64,000 nt of DNA from positions 19,208 to 83,207 of the IMG/VR virus record IMGVR_UViG_3300034170_000023. One strand, written 5' to 3'. The first letter of the stretch is position 1, and every line of letters starts with the position of its first letter. The notes beneath the pieces are model-generated. The model worked only from the letters and a program-made list of their open reading frames with translations, did no database searches and had not been told where the DNA came from. This document shows, in pieces, positions 30,555-40,411 of the stretch. The position numbers and the translations under genes were made by a program. The stretch is from a virus.

Positions 30555-30619
30555 ATTTCAAAGCAACATATTGTAATAAAAGCCCCTTAAATGGGGTTTA
30601 TCTATTTAGGAGATTTAAA

Positions 30620-31315
30620 GTGAAAACAATTAACATACTGAATGTTCCTGATTTTAAAAGGCCCGATGGGAGTTGGGGAAAGTCTTACTCTGAAGCGGCA
30701 GAAGATCATAGACTTTCCATGCACACACGGTCCTCTATTCTCTGGAATAATCTCAAAAGTAGGTGCAAAGATGGTAGTGCGCAACGTAAAAATTCTACAA
30801 GCTATGCGGGCATAGAAAATCACTTTGAAAATTATGACATTTTCACCTCTTGGTGTCAGACTCAGTATGGGTATCTGAACAAGAATAGAAATGGAACTTT
30901 TTGGAGCTTAGATAAAGACTTACTATACCATGGGAATAAAGTGTATAGTCCGGACACTTGTATGTTTATACCTCATGACGTAAACTGTCTTATGATGTCC
31001 TCGGATGTTTGTCGGGGAGTGTATCCAGTAGGAGTTGAGCCCGATTACCAAGTTAACAAAATTAGGTACATTGCCTGTTGCCGTAAAAGGACTGGCAGCA
31101 AATTTATAGGTGTTTATGACACACCTATAGAAGCTCATAGAGGGTGGCAGGAAGTAAAGATTTCAAGGATTATGGAGGAAGCTGACCACAATAAAGATCA
31201 TATTAAAATGTGCGGAGCGCTTTTGTCCATGGCTACTAGGATCCAAAGTGATTATGATAACGGAAGGGAAACAAAGGTAGAGTGGTGGACAGATCGAGGC
31301 TTGACAATACACTGA
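30620..31315 (+). mobile_element. Free-standing homing endonuclease (His-Me finger variant)
   Basis: F..W....GY...W.LDKDLL..GNKVYSPDTC.F.P..VN, followed by an AP2-like segment. Confidence 0.75.
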
Positions 31316-31358
31316 CCTAGGCTACTCTGTACCTACACACCACAGAAAGGATGGCGAC

Positions 31359-31727
31359 ATGACTAACTCTAAAGTTGTGGCTTGGCTTATCGAGGGGCAC
31401 GGACGCTCCTCTGTGTTCACTACAGAACAACCTTGGGCACTTGAGGATGAGAATTACAAAGTAACTCCCTTGATTGGTATGTCTGAGAGCGCACCAATAC
31501 ATTCCTTGACAGACGACACACAAGAACGTATTAGTATTATGGAAGAACTCTATGAGCTAATGCAGCAAGAAATAGACGAGTTGAAGGAGCGACTAGAAGC
31601 TGCTGTTGAGGTGATTGAAGTTGTGGAAGAGTTCTCAGCCAAGAAGAGTGATAATTTCATGGAGAACAAAGCTACCTTACTTCTCATCTCAGCAGCTTGC
31701 CGGGATTGGTTGAAGTCAAGCGAATAA
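31359..31727 (+). CDS. Hypothetical coiled-coil protein
   Basis: ORF after promoter. Confidence 0.55.
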   Translation: MTNSKVVAWLIEGHGRSSVFTTEQPWALEDENYKVTPLIGMSESAPIHSLTDDTQERISIMEELYELMQQEIDELKERLEAAVEVIEVVEEFSAKKSDNFMENKATLLLISAACRDWLKSSE

Positions 31728-31746
31728 AGTTTAAAGAATTTACCTC

Positions 31747-31782
31747 AGGAGCCTTGACTGGCTCCTTTTTCTTGTCTACAAT
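31747..31782 (+). terminator. Terminator hairpin with a -35 box in its loop (fused terminator/promoter)
   Basis: AGGAGCC-TTGACT-GGCTCCT-TTTT; TACAAT 17 bp after TTGACT. Confidence 0.75.
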
Positions 31783-31812
31783 AGCCACATACAAACCAAC
31801 TGGAGATACAAA

Positions 31813-32064
31813 ATGAAAACTATCCTGATCTTTGATCAACTCTTTGAACGTCCTGTAAGCTTTCGTGTTGTCGAAGGTGATTACTCTTTCCTCAATGAAG
31901 CGTACGTCAACTCAGTGGAGACGTCAGAGGAAGACCAAGATGTACTGATGGGACTCTTGTACAAGGACGAAGAAGGAAACCTGCACGATGATTGGCTGTC
32001 AGAGTTCCCTGTTGAACAAGTAGCAGCGAACACTAAAGTTATCGTGGTTGGGTTTCTTCCGTAG
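31813..32064 (+). CDS. Hypothetical protein
   Basis: GGAG RBS; ends VIVVGFLP. Confidence 0.6.
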   Translation: MKTILIFDQLFERPVSFRVVEGDYSFLNEAYVNSVETSEEDQDVLMGLLYKDEEGNLHDDWLSEFPVEQVAANTKVIVVGFLP

Positions 32065-32082
32065 ACTTTGTTAGCTTAAACT

Positions 32083-32110
32083 AATCCCTCCTCGCCCGAG
32101 GGATTTTTAT
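32083..32110 (+). terminator. Intrinsic terminator
   Basis: AATCCCTC...GAGGGATT plus T-run. Confidence 0.75.
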
Positions 32111-32409
32111 TGCCTAGAATTTAATAAATAATTGAAAAGAGATGTTGACGAGGGTGGGTGATAGGACTAGAATCACCCCAAACAGGAAGCGAATAGCTTC
32201 TAATACAGACAAAGGAATACTCCAATGATCACTATAAAGACACACGCCATGAAAGCTATGATCCAGAAACAGTTCCCTTGGGCAGAAGACATTGAACTAG
32301 ACTTCACAATTGATGAGACTGGTAAAGAGACTATCAAAGTCACTTTGAATGATGAAGGAACACCTCGGGAATTTATTTTGACGATTGACTTGAAGGAGGT
32401 GGAGCTATA

Positions 32410-32613
32410 ATGTCCAGTCAAGTGATGTGCAACTGTAGGGTGTGCGGAATAAAGCCCGGTATCCGTACTGGTCTGAGCGGCGTCGCTCATGTTGGTAACC
32501 TGTTCTTATGCTTCTTGACAGGCTTGTTATGGGTGTTGCCGTACCTACTGATTTGGGCTTGTAGCTATAAGGTACAGTGTATGTCGTGCGGACGCTACGC
32601 ACGAAGGTTCTGA
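32410..32613 (+). CDS. Small membrane protein with split Zn-knuckle (LITAF-like topology)
   Basis: CxxC - hydrophobic hairpin - CxxC. Confidence 0.55.
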   Translation: MSSQVMCNCRVCGIKPGIRTGLSGVAHVGNLFLCFLTGLLWVLPYLLIWACSYKVQCMSCGRYARRF

Positions 32614-32677
32614 CGTAAGAGTTGTAAATAATCACCCCTTAGATGGGGCATTTTGCCATTAAATAGGATGGTTTATA

Positions 32678-33427
32678 ATGGCTGTTGTGCGTAAAAGTTA
32701 CAAAGTTGGAGATGTTTGGCCGACTAAATCAGGGGTAGATGTTGAGATTATAAAGACCTTTAAGGGCTCTCAGAGGGTTGTGATTAAATGGTTAGATGAG
32801 TACCAGCATACAACAGAAATTTATCAGTGTGCATTACCAAGATCTAACCTTAAAAATCCATATGAGAGGACTATCATCGGTGTGGGGTTCCTAGGGACTA
32901 GTTATGCAGCACAAAACCCTCTGAAATTTAAGAGGGAGAAGATTGTTTGGAGTGGTCTATTTAAGAGGGCTTACGATGAGAAAACTCTGATAGAACGCCC
33001 CGGATACGCTGGTGCAACAGTGAATGCTGGCTGGCACGAGTTTGGAGGTTTTGTAGACTGGACAGAGCAGGCTGTTGGTTGGAAAAACAAAAATTGGCAT
33101 GTAGACAAGGATCTTATTTTAAGAGGTAACAGGGAATACGGACCAGAAACTTGTTGCATGTTGCCACCTGTGGTTAACTCCGCATTGTGGGTAAGAGAAC
33201 ACATTTTGCCTCCGGGAGTTACTAAACTTCCAGACGGGTACTACAGGGGCGGTTTTTATGAAGATGGAAAGGTACAACAAAAGAGGTTTAAAACACCCGA
33301 AGAAGCTTTTGAATTTTATAAGCCACTGAAGGAGGGTAGAATAAAACAACTAGCAGATGAGTATAGATATCAGATTGATCCTAGAGCCTATGATGCATTG
33401 ATGACTTGGGAAATTGGTCTTGATTGA
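32678..33427 (+). mobile_element. Free-standing homing endonuclease, same family as 30620
   Basis: W..F..F..W....GW....W.VDKDLI..GN..Y.PETC...P..VN; FKT.EEAF..YK..KE. Confidence 0.78.
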
Positions 33428-33514
33428 AAATAAACCCTAAAGAGCCCTTGCGGCTCTTTCTTTTTGCTTGTACAATTACCTCATCGAAACAACAAAGCTT
33501 CAGGGAGACACAAC

Positions 33515-34147
33515 ATGACACGCATGTACATACAACCATCATTCCTAAATAGCTGTGAAGAGCACGGCTTATGGTCTGGTGGAAATGACCAATACCGTGG
33601 CGACAGGTCTGTTGACTTCAGCACATTTGATAAGAATGGTCGTGCTCGTGTTGAGGCTTTCTCTGATGCTGCACTTGAAGCCAACAAAGAGAAAAGGAAA
33701 ACATCCGTTCCATTAAAGGATAGGATTTTACCACAGGCACGGCGCGTTGCTGTCCTAACTGAGCAGCTTATTGAGTTGGAACAAGTGTACAGGTCTGGTA
33801 ATATGTCTATCAATGAATACTCCACATTACGTGCAGTGTTGGTAAACAAACGCAACAGAAGTCAAGTGTTGTATGAACGTGCAATCTCTGTTAAAGAGCC
33901 TTCATATGATGACCTTGAAGAGTGTGCCGCTACATACAAGAATACATCAACCAAATCAACCTATTCATGCGGGGAAAGTGGCTCTGAAAACGATGATAGC
34001 GGTCAACCTATGCCATCGTGGCTCTCAAGCATTAGCAATGAAAATAGCCTGAAAAATACGCTAATAAAAGCTTGCAAGGTTGGCGAGACGTTGGTAAGAT
34101 GGCACCAGAAAGCAAGAAACTACATAAACGAATTGAAGGCACTTTGA
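33515..34147 (+). CDS. Hypothetical protein
   Basis: GGGAG RBS after promoter. Confidence 0.6.
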   Translation: MTRMYIQPSFLNSCEEHGLWSGGNDQYRGDRSVDFSTFDKNGRARVEAFSDAALEANKEKRKTSVPLKDRILPQARRVAVLTEQLIELEQVYRSGNMSINEYSTLRAVLVNKRNRSQVLYERAISVKEPSYDDLEECAATYKNTSTKSTYSCGESGSENDDSGQPMPSWLSSISNENSLKNTLIKACKVGETLVRWHQKARNYINELKAL

Positions 34148-35487
34148 AATGACTGAACAATTGACAGCTAACGAAAAAGCTTATGATCTTGGCTACTCTG
34201 ATTGTGTAGAAGGTAATTTCATGATTAGCTATGAAGACTGGTGTCAAGAAGGTAGGGAAGGATCTCATTCAGCTTATAAAGCTGGGTACGAGGACTGTGA
34301 ACAAGACAATCCAGAATGCAGTGAAGAGGAATAGTACAGTGATCATCCAACTACCAAACCACACTAATAATTCTGTGTCAAGCTTTGACAGCTTCCCCCT
34401 TCAATACTCTGACGATTGCTCATCAGCTCTGTTACAATGTGTAGACGCTGGGAAGGAGTGGTTGAAGCAGTGGTGCTGTGTTGAGATGCGGCAGAAGGCT
34501 ATTTTTAATTCTATTAATGGTGAAGTGTAATGAAACTTACAGACCTTGAACACGCTATACAAGAAATCAAAGAACACTTTGGCGAGCATATGGCTCAAGC
34601 TGACATCTTCTTTGATGACACATTTGGTGGAGAGTTGGTGATTGTTGTTACAGAAGACGTACTAGATCGAATCTGCCCCATGCCTACATTGGAAATCGGT
34701 AAATGAAACCTATTAAATTCAATATGTCAAACAAAGATTACACGTATTCCCTTGAAAAGAAACAACAACTAAAGCAGCATAAGAGCTTGCGAGATGCTAA
34801 GAAAGGGCGTAAACAAGTGTGGCAGGAGGCTGAGTGATGAACAATAAACAGAGGGATTGGGCACGACAGTACAATTGGTTTTATTGCAGTGACTCCAAAG
34901 CAATATGGGTTAAAGATTCTGATGGGCAAGTCTTGAAATTTACCAGTATGAGGGCACTGAAGTCGTGGACGACTCTATAAACCCTCGCTGGCAAGCATTC
35001 TGTAATCTTTGCTTAAAGGATGGAAAAGCTATTGACAAGTTTGAATACATGATTTGGGTGTGGGAGATGAAACATCTTTACCTAGATTCAATAGGTGACT
35101 CGCAGTCATCCTCTATTCATGGAACTATTTCTGATCATGCTGCGTTCACAAAGTTTATTGAAGAATATGTGAAATAAAGGGTTGACGTGTGTTCTGTATG
35201 GGTTAGAATAGACACATAGGAAGCGAGAACGCTTCTGCGGACAGAAGAGAGATAAGATCATGATCAGCGAAGTCAAAGAATTATATGAAGTGGCTAAGTC
35301 TTTCGTTTCAGGTGACGAAGAATGCTCTATTAAGCAGCTTGATGATGCGTTTCTAGTGATTGAACTGGTAGAAGATGGGGCTTATGAAGAGGCCTTCAAG
35401 GTTGGTATGATTTACTGAAAATAAAGATTTACAGAGGTTCGAAAGAGCCTCATAATCCTCCTACACCAACCAAACAGAGCTACCGCC

Positions 35488-35724
35488 ATGACAACTTACA
35501 CAGCCACACAGTTCATGTCCTCTCCAGCATTTGTAAAGATTGCTTTCGAGGATGCTATCAAATTGGTAGCTAAGACGAACAACCAAACTGTTGAATTGAC
35601 TCAGAAGGCTTTCGATATGGAAGTAACAACTGTCGTTGTTGCAGTGGCTAAGCTTATGGTGAAAGCTGCCGAGGTATGTGCTCAGGAAGCTAACCAAGGG
35701 ACTTTGTGGAAGGCTAATGTATGA
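35488..35724 (+). CDS. Hypothetical protein
   Basis: ORF after promoter. Confidence 0.55.
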   Translation: MTTYTATQFMSSPAFVKIAFEDAIKLVAKTNNQTVELTQKAFDMEVTTVVVAVAKLMVKAAEVCAQEANQGTLWKANV

Positions 35725-36011
35725 CTACCTATGAACAACTCTACACATTCCTGAAACGACACTACAAACATAGTCGGTTTGAAGATAGGAACGCTTGGGG
35801 TGTTGGTTGGGGCGACTACTCAAAGTCAGTGACACGTCGCTACCTGACTCATCTAGATGCTAACGGCTCAGCCTGTATAACATGGCATGAAAGCAATACA
35901 GGGATGGAGGTAGTGTTTGATCAAGAATTGAACATCTTAAACCTTGATGTGACTCCTGTACAGCGTTCTAGCTGGTCGAGTGGTAAGGGTAATTTGTCTG
36001 GTTTATTCTGA
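35721..36011 (+). CDS. Hypothetical protein
   Basis: ATGA-coupled ORF. Confidence 0.55.
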   Translation: MTTYEQLYTFLKRHYKHSRFEDRNAWGVGWGDYSKSVTRRYLTHLDANGSACITWHESNTGMEVVFDQELNILNLDVTPVQRSSWSSGKGNLSGLF

Positions 36012-36110
36012 TAGGATTGTTTTGATAATTAGGTGTAGACAAGCATGGTGGGATGTTAGATAATAATGCCATCAGGGCGAGTAAGCTCACAACATACAGG
36101 AAGCTTTCAA

Positions 36111-36506
36111 ATGACCACTATCAAACAATCAACAATCGAAGCTATTCATGATAGCAAGAATATCCTTGTTAACTTCTGTAAGTATGGCACTCACACAGGT
36201 GCAAAGACTAAAATCAGCATGACATTCCATGACACCACTTATGCCTACACAGTAAGCTGCTACGCTGTAATTTCCCATCAGAAATACCTTTCCTTGCATT
36301 CTTACAATGACATTGTTGAACTGTTGAAACCAACAGAATATGACGCTGTAATGACTCACAAGGAGACGGGAGAGGACTGTATTCATAGCAACCCATCAAA
36401 GGTTAAAGAACTCTTCAAAGTATTGTGCAGCGAGCTGGCAGAGCGTACAGATAGCGTATATCTGGATATGTATCAATCATTCAGCAAGAAGCCGAAAGCC
36501 TTATAA
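36111..36506 (+). CDS. Hypothetical protein
   Basis: ORF after promoter, AGGA RBS. Confidence 0.55.
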   Translation: MTTIKQSTIEAIHDSKNILVNFCKYGTHTGAKTKISMTFHDTTYAYTVSCYAVISHQKYLSLHSYNDIVELLKPTEYDAVMTHKETGEDCIHSNPSKVKELFKVLCSELAERTDSVYLDMYQSFSKKPKAL

Positions 36507-37273
36507 TAGTTTAGAAATAAGTGAAAAGACCCCTTTACAGGGGTTTCTTGCGTGTTATACTAAACCCATCAAGACAGCAAACGCAGTCTTACAAAGCAAG
36601 GTGATACCAAATGACTACTCAAAACACTGTTTACACTCTGATGACTCAGGAACACGAGCTGTCTGTTGCCGAGTATCGTGAAACTGAAAGTCTTTCTTTT
36701 GCTGAGAAAATGGGCACACAAGGCGGCTTCTATAAAGTACAGTTGATTGATGAAGTGGGTGTGATTGTAGCTGAGTGGAAAGCATAATGATTATTGAAGA
36801 ATACAAACTAGCTTGCAAGCGTGGCTATGAGGAATGCTCAAAAGACCTTGAAACCCTCCCCCTGTCGGAGTGTGTAGAAAAGCTGATGGGCATGACAAAG
36901 TTTACCAATATGATGAAGGATGGAAGACACAAGCATTACTTTGCAGTTGGCTATAATGATAGATTGAAGGAAGAAAAGAGAAAATAATCCTTTACAGGGT
37001 GTTGGTGAAGCATTATAATCTACCTATCGAAACAAAACATCTTCTTAAAGGAATCACCAAATGTTCAACATCATCGACACACAAGATCGCTCAGTAGTTG
37101 CAACCCGTAAAACTCTGGCTAGCGCCAAGAAGTGGGCAGTAGGCTTGAATGAAGGTTTTAAAGTGGCTCGCTATGTTGTGTCGAAAGCAGCTTAAAATAG
37201 ATTTAAATAACGTTGTACAGGGCTGACAAATGGCTGTACAATAACCCTACACCAAGCAGACAAGGGCTCTATC

Positions 37274-37543
37274 ATGAACTACCTAGACGCTGTCACCTAC
37301 AAACAGGCTCTTTACACAAAGAACAATAAAGCTAGTGAAGCTTTGAAAGAGTTTGACAAGTATGGCAAATCATCCATGGGTATGACACCAGATCACGTTA
37401 AATCAATGCCTCAATGGCAAGCAGCAAAGCTCGCCTTTGATGTTTCCTTTGCTGAATTGAGAAACTTTAATGGTTGGTTCGCAAAGACTTTCAAAGCTGA
37501 GATTAAGAAAGAGCCAAGGGTGTATGGTAACAAAGCTTTGTAA
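37274..37543 (+). CDS. Conserved phage hypothetical protein
   Basis: MG.TPD.VK..P.W...K..FD..FA.LR.FN motif. Confidence 0.65.
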   Translation: MNYLDAVTYKQALYTKNNKASEALKEFDKYGKSSMGMTPDHVKSMPQWQAAKLAFDVSFAELRNFNGWFAKTFKAEIKKEPRVYGNKAL

Positions 37544-37826
37544 ATAGACGAAAATAAAGCTTTACAGCTAAGCTCAAAGTGTTAGAATAGACACATCAGA
37601 AGCAAACAAGCTTCTACCAACCAAAGAGAACACAGACATGAACAGCCTTAACACTTCCTCTTCTAAAGCTTGCATGAATCGTTGTGTAGCAGTATGGGAA
37701 AAGACAGTTCACTTGGAAGGTAAATGCTCCAAAGAAGCACAACGACGTGCCCACCGTCTAGCACTTAGCATCTTCGGTCAACTGGTACGTGACTGATCTG
37801 TATAGTAATTCAAGCAGGATTATTCT

Positions 37827-37850
37827 AAGCCCACTATCAAGTGGGCTTTA
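37827..37850 (+). terminator. Terminator ending the early block
   Basis: AAGCCCACT-ATCA-AGTGGGCTT. Confidence 0.75.
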
Positions 37851-38329
37851 TGCTGTCTGTAATATGACTACATCCTCCGTTCTAGTCACAATGTGAGCTA
37901 CTTTCTTAGTCTCTTTACATCCTCCTACAAAGTCCCTTCTAAGTCTTACACAGTGTGGTGTGGACAATCCTATTGGTTGAGCCTGTAAACAGCTATACGA
38001 CGCTATAAGTGGCTTGTTGAGATGGGTGATAAGGTGTAGTCAACTAACCTCATGGGGTTAAGCATTACAACATCCCTCGCTCCAACTCCCCTCATCCCCA
38101 TATCACACCCACTTCAAAGTGTCAACTAACACACTAAACAATCATTCCTATCAGTATTTAATAGTTAATATACAATGTCTATCAGTGTCCTGTTCACCTC
38201 AATAGTGATAGAGGGTGATTAGAGTATCAATAGGCCAAGTCTATAAGGTAACATTTAACATAAGGTATCTTCGGCGTAGTGTTACCTTATGAGACACCTA
38301 GTGATGAGTTATAGCTATCGATGAAGAGG

Positions 38330-38395
38330 TTGGCACGAGTGTTGCTTAGAAGAGATTAGTCAATGAGTGGTAGGTAAAGTGGCATGAGTCTTGCT
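38330..38395 (+). promoter_or_regulatory. Two tandem sigma54 (RpoN) -24/-12 consensus sites
   Basis: TGGCACGAGTGTTGCT (38331-46) and TGGCATGAGTCTTGCT (38380-95); consensus TGGCACG-N4-TTGCW. Confidence 0.65.
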
Positions 38396-38623
38396 AGATA
38401 TTTTAAAGGCTCAGATCAAGGGCGAGATCAAGATCAAGTACTGGTTAAGTCGGTAGGAGCACTATCCAATAATTCACAGAACCTAAGAGTGTTGCCTAAG
38501 TAATACTGCCTCAGAGTATTCACACATAAGCCTTATAGATATTCTGGACACAATAAAATAGGAGTCACTAATACAAGCTGACTCCCAAAATAGGGGGAAT
38601 TGGAAAGTTACACTGTCAAGACT

Positions 38624-38845
38624 TTACTTACGCTTCCTGTTGTAACTACGTTTCTTATACATCTTCAATGCTTCCTTCTCTTCTTGCTCCACCTTATCAG
38701 CATACTCAAAGTGTTGCTTACACAGAAGCTGTCTGTGTTCCTGAGTCATTCCTTTAGTAGCTACAGTGTCCAGTGTTAATATTTCACCACCTAGTTTACG
38801 GTAGTAGTCTGGAACAGATAGCTCTGATTTTATATCATGTTTCAT
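38624..38845 (-). CDS. Small basic hypothetical protein
   Basis: AAGGA RBS; last gene of the leftward block. Confidence 0.5.
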   Translation of the reverse strand: MKHDIKSELSVPDYYRKLGGEILTLDTVATKGMTQEHRQLLCKQHFEYADKVEQEEKEALKMYKKRSYNRKRK

Positions 38846-38880
38846 GTAAAGGTTTTCCTTTTCTTATTTAATGTAGTTCC

Positions 38881-38923
38881 TACTATAAGGGCACACCTCT
38901 GTAAGCCCCGGTTTATAAGGGCT
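38881..38923 (-). repeat. Conserved motif downstream of helicase B
   Basis: Minus strand AGCCCTT-loop-GGGGCT..AGAGGTG..CCCTTATAGTA. Confidence 0.75.
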
Positions 38924-38956
38924 GTAGGTTTTGAGTGTGGAAGCCTCTCTACAAAC

Positions 38957-40183
38957 TTATTTCTTAGTCATTCCTAGCCACTGTTTAAGTAGTAATTCCA
39001 TACGCTTATTCAACACACAGAGTGTTATAGGTTCATCATTTCTGATACGACTTCTCCATATCCATTGTATCATTTCAGACAATGCAAACTTATCTTCATC
39101 TGGTGGTGTACCGTAGTCCTGTAAGTAAGCCTTGATAACAAGGTTAGGAAACCGATTATAGGCATGTACTAATACAGACTTGTGTGAGTAGATATTTGTT
39201 GCCTTTGCACCTGAGTATAGAAACTGGTCATCTGGTATATCTTTGTGTAGGATTGTTCGTTTACGCTTCCTTCCTTTGTCATCATACCTAGTGCCTACTT
39301 CCTTAGCTGATGTAAACAAGAATTCTCCTTTAGGTGCTTTCCTATACATACTGAGCAGTGCTTTAGAGATTAGATCCAGTTCTTCTTTTGATGCAGAGTT
39401 AGCATACCAAGTGAAAGACATAGACAGCTTCTTAACGGCTTTGGTTGTTCTAGTGTCTACAAAGTTAATAAGCCTCTTTGCTTTATCTTTGGTGTCTGTA
39501 TCAGAGTAGTACCCTAAATCAGTAAACTTGGATATTTCCACACCTCTCATCTTCATAAAGCATTCCATAAGACTGCCTTCAAATAGATAGGTTAGGAGAA
39601 TAGTACGTTTGGAACAGGACACTAACTCTAATGGTAGGTGGATAACCATCATACTCCTGTCCCTCTTTGCACAGTACAACATATCTAGATCACACAGTCT
39701 CTTCAGTTTAGAGTATACAGTGCTTCCCTCCATATCATCCCATGTCCAACTAACCTTTCCTAGATTATCAGTGTCAACAAAGATATGCCCGGATTTCTCC
39801 AAGCTAACGATATCATCTTTACCGTACCCACCTTTGTATGCCTCTATGAAGTTTAGTTCCTCATCTACAATCAAAGTGTATTGGTGTCTTTTGATCCAGT
39901 ATAGGTGCTCCTTAGTCATATCTGAGAACAAAGAGTGAGAGAAAGATATGTTCTTTCCATCCTTTAGAAGTTCCAGAAGGTGTATTGATTTAGTTTTATA
40001 TTCCTCTGTGTTAGGGTATGTGAACTCCAAGCTTTCACAAGCTGATGGTATTCGTTCTTCCACTTCACTCAGCATAGGACTTACATATAGGTACTTGTTC
40101 TGTGGGTTATCTGTCATCCACTTAATGATACCTGTAGTCTTGCCGCTACCCATTACGGCATCCAATACTTCTATCCTAGTCAA
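38957..40183 (-). CDS. SF2-like helicase/ATPase, copy B
   Basis: MGSGKT, LIVDEE, QWIWRSRIR; colinear with copy A over its full length. Confidence 0.8.
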   Translation of the reverse strand: MTRIEVLDAVMGSGKTTGIIKWMTDNPQNKYLYVSPMLSEVEERIPSACESLEFTYPNTEEYKTKSIHLLELLKDGKNISFSHSLFSDMTKEHLYWIKRHQYTLIVDEELNFIEAYKGGYGKDDIVSLEKSGHIFVDTDNLGKVSWTWDDMEGSTVYSKLKRLCDLDMLYCAKRDRSMMVIHLPLELVSCSKRTILLTYLFEGSLMECFMKMRGVEISKFTDLGYYSDTDTKDKAKRLINFVDTRTTKAVKKLSMSFTWYANSASKEELDLISKALLSMYRKAPKGEFLFTSAKEVGTRYDDKGRKRKRTILHKDIPDDQFLYSGAKATNIYSHKSVLVHAYNRFPNLVIKAYLQDYGTPPDEDKFALSEMIQWIWRSRIRNDEPITLCVLNKRMELLLKQWLGMTKK

Positions 40184-40411
40184 TCTCCACCCACCCTACA
40201 TATTCTTCTAGTCCATTAATTGAAAGATAACCATCATCAGCTAGATGAAAGGATAAACGATACTTTCCATCATTATCTAGATTAATTGTCTGAAACAAAG
40301 ATCCATTAAAGAACATCTCCTCTACATAATCAGATTTAGGATAGATACTGTTTAGTGTAATCGTCTCACCGTAGTAAGTGATTGTGTATTCTACTTTGTA
40401 TTCCATTTTAT

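Larger units (their letters stand above)
28942..37590 (+). promoter_or_regulatory. Array of more than 12 sigma70-like early promoters
   Basis: -35 (TTGACN/TTTACA-like) plus -10 (TANNNT) at about 28942, 30185, 31301, 31754, 32144, 33448, 35182, 35428, 36035, 36534, 36991, 37214, 37561; mostly 16-17 bp spacers, AT-rich upstream. Confidence 0.8.

Noticed and set aside
38405-38465. Pseudomonas REP element (AGATCAAG repeats plus GTAGGAGC)
   Set aside because: No REP palindrome follows GTAG; the resemblance is too short.
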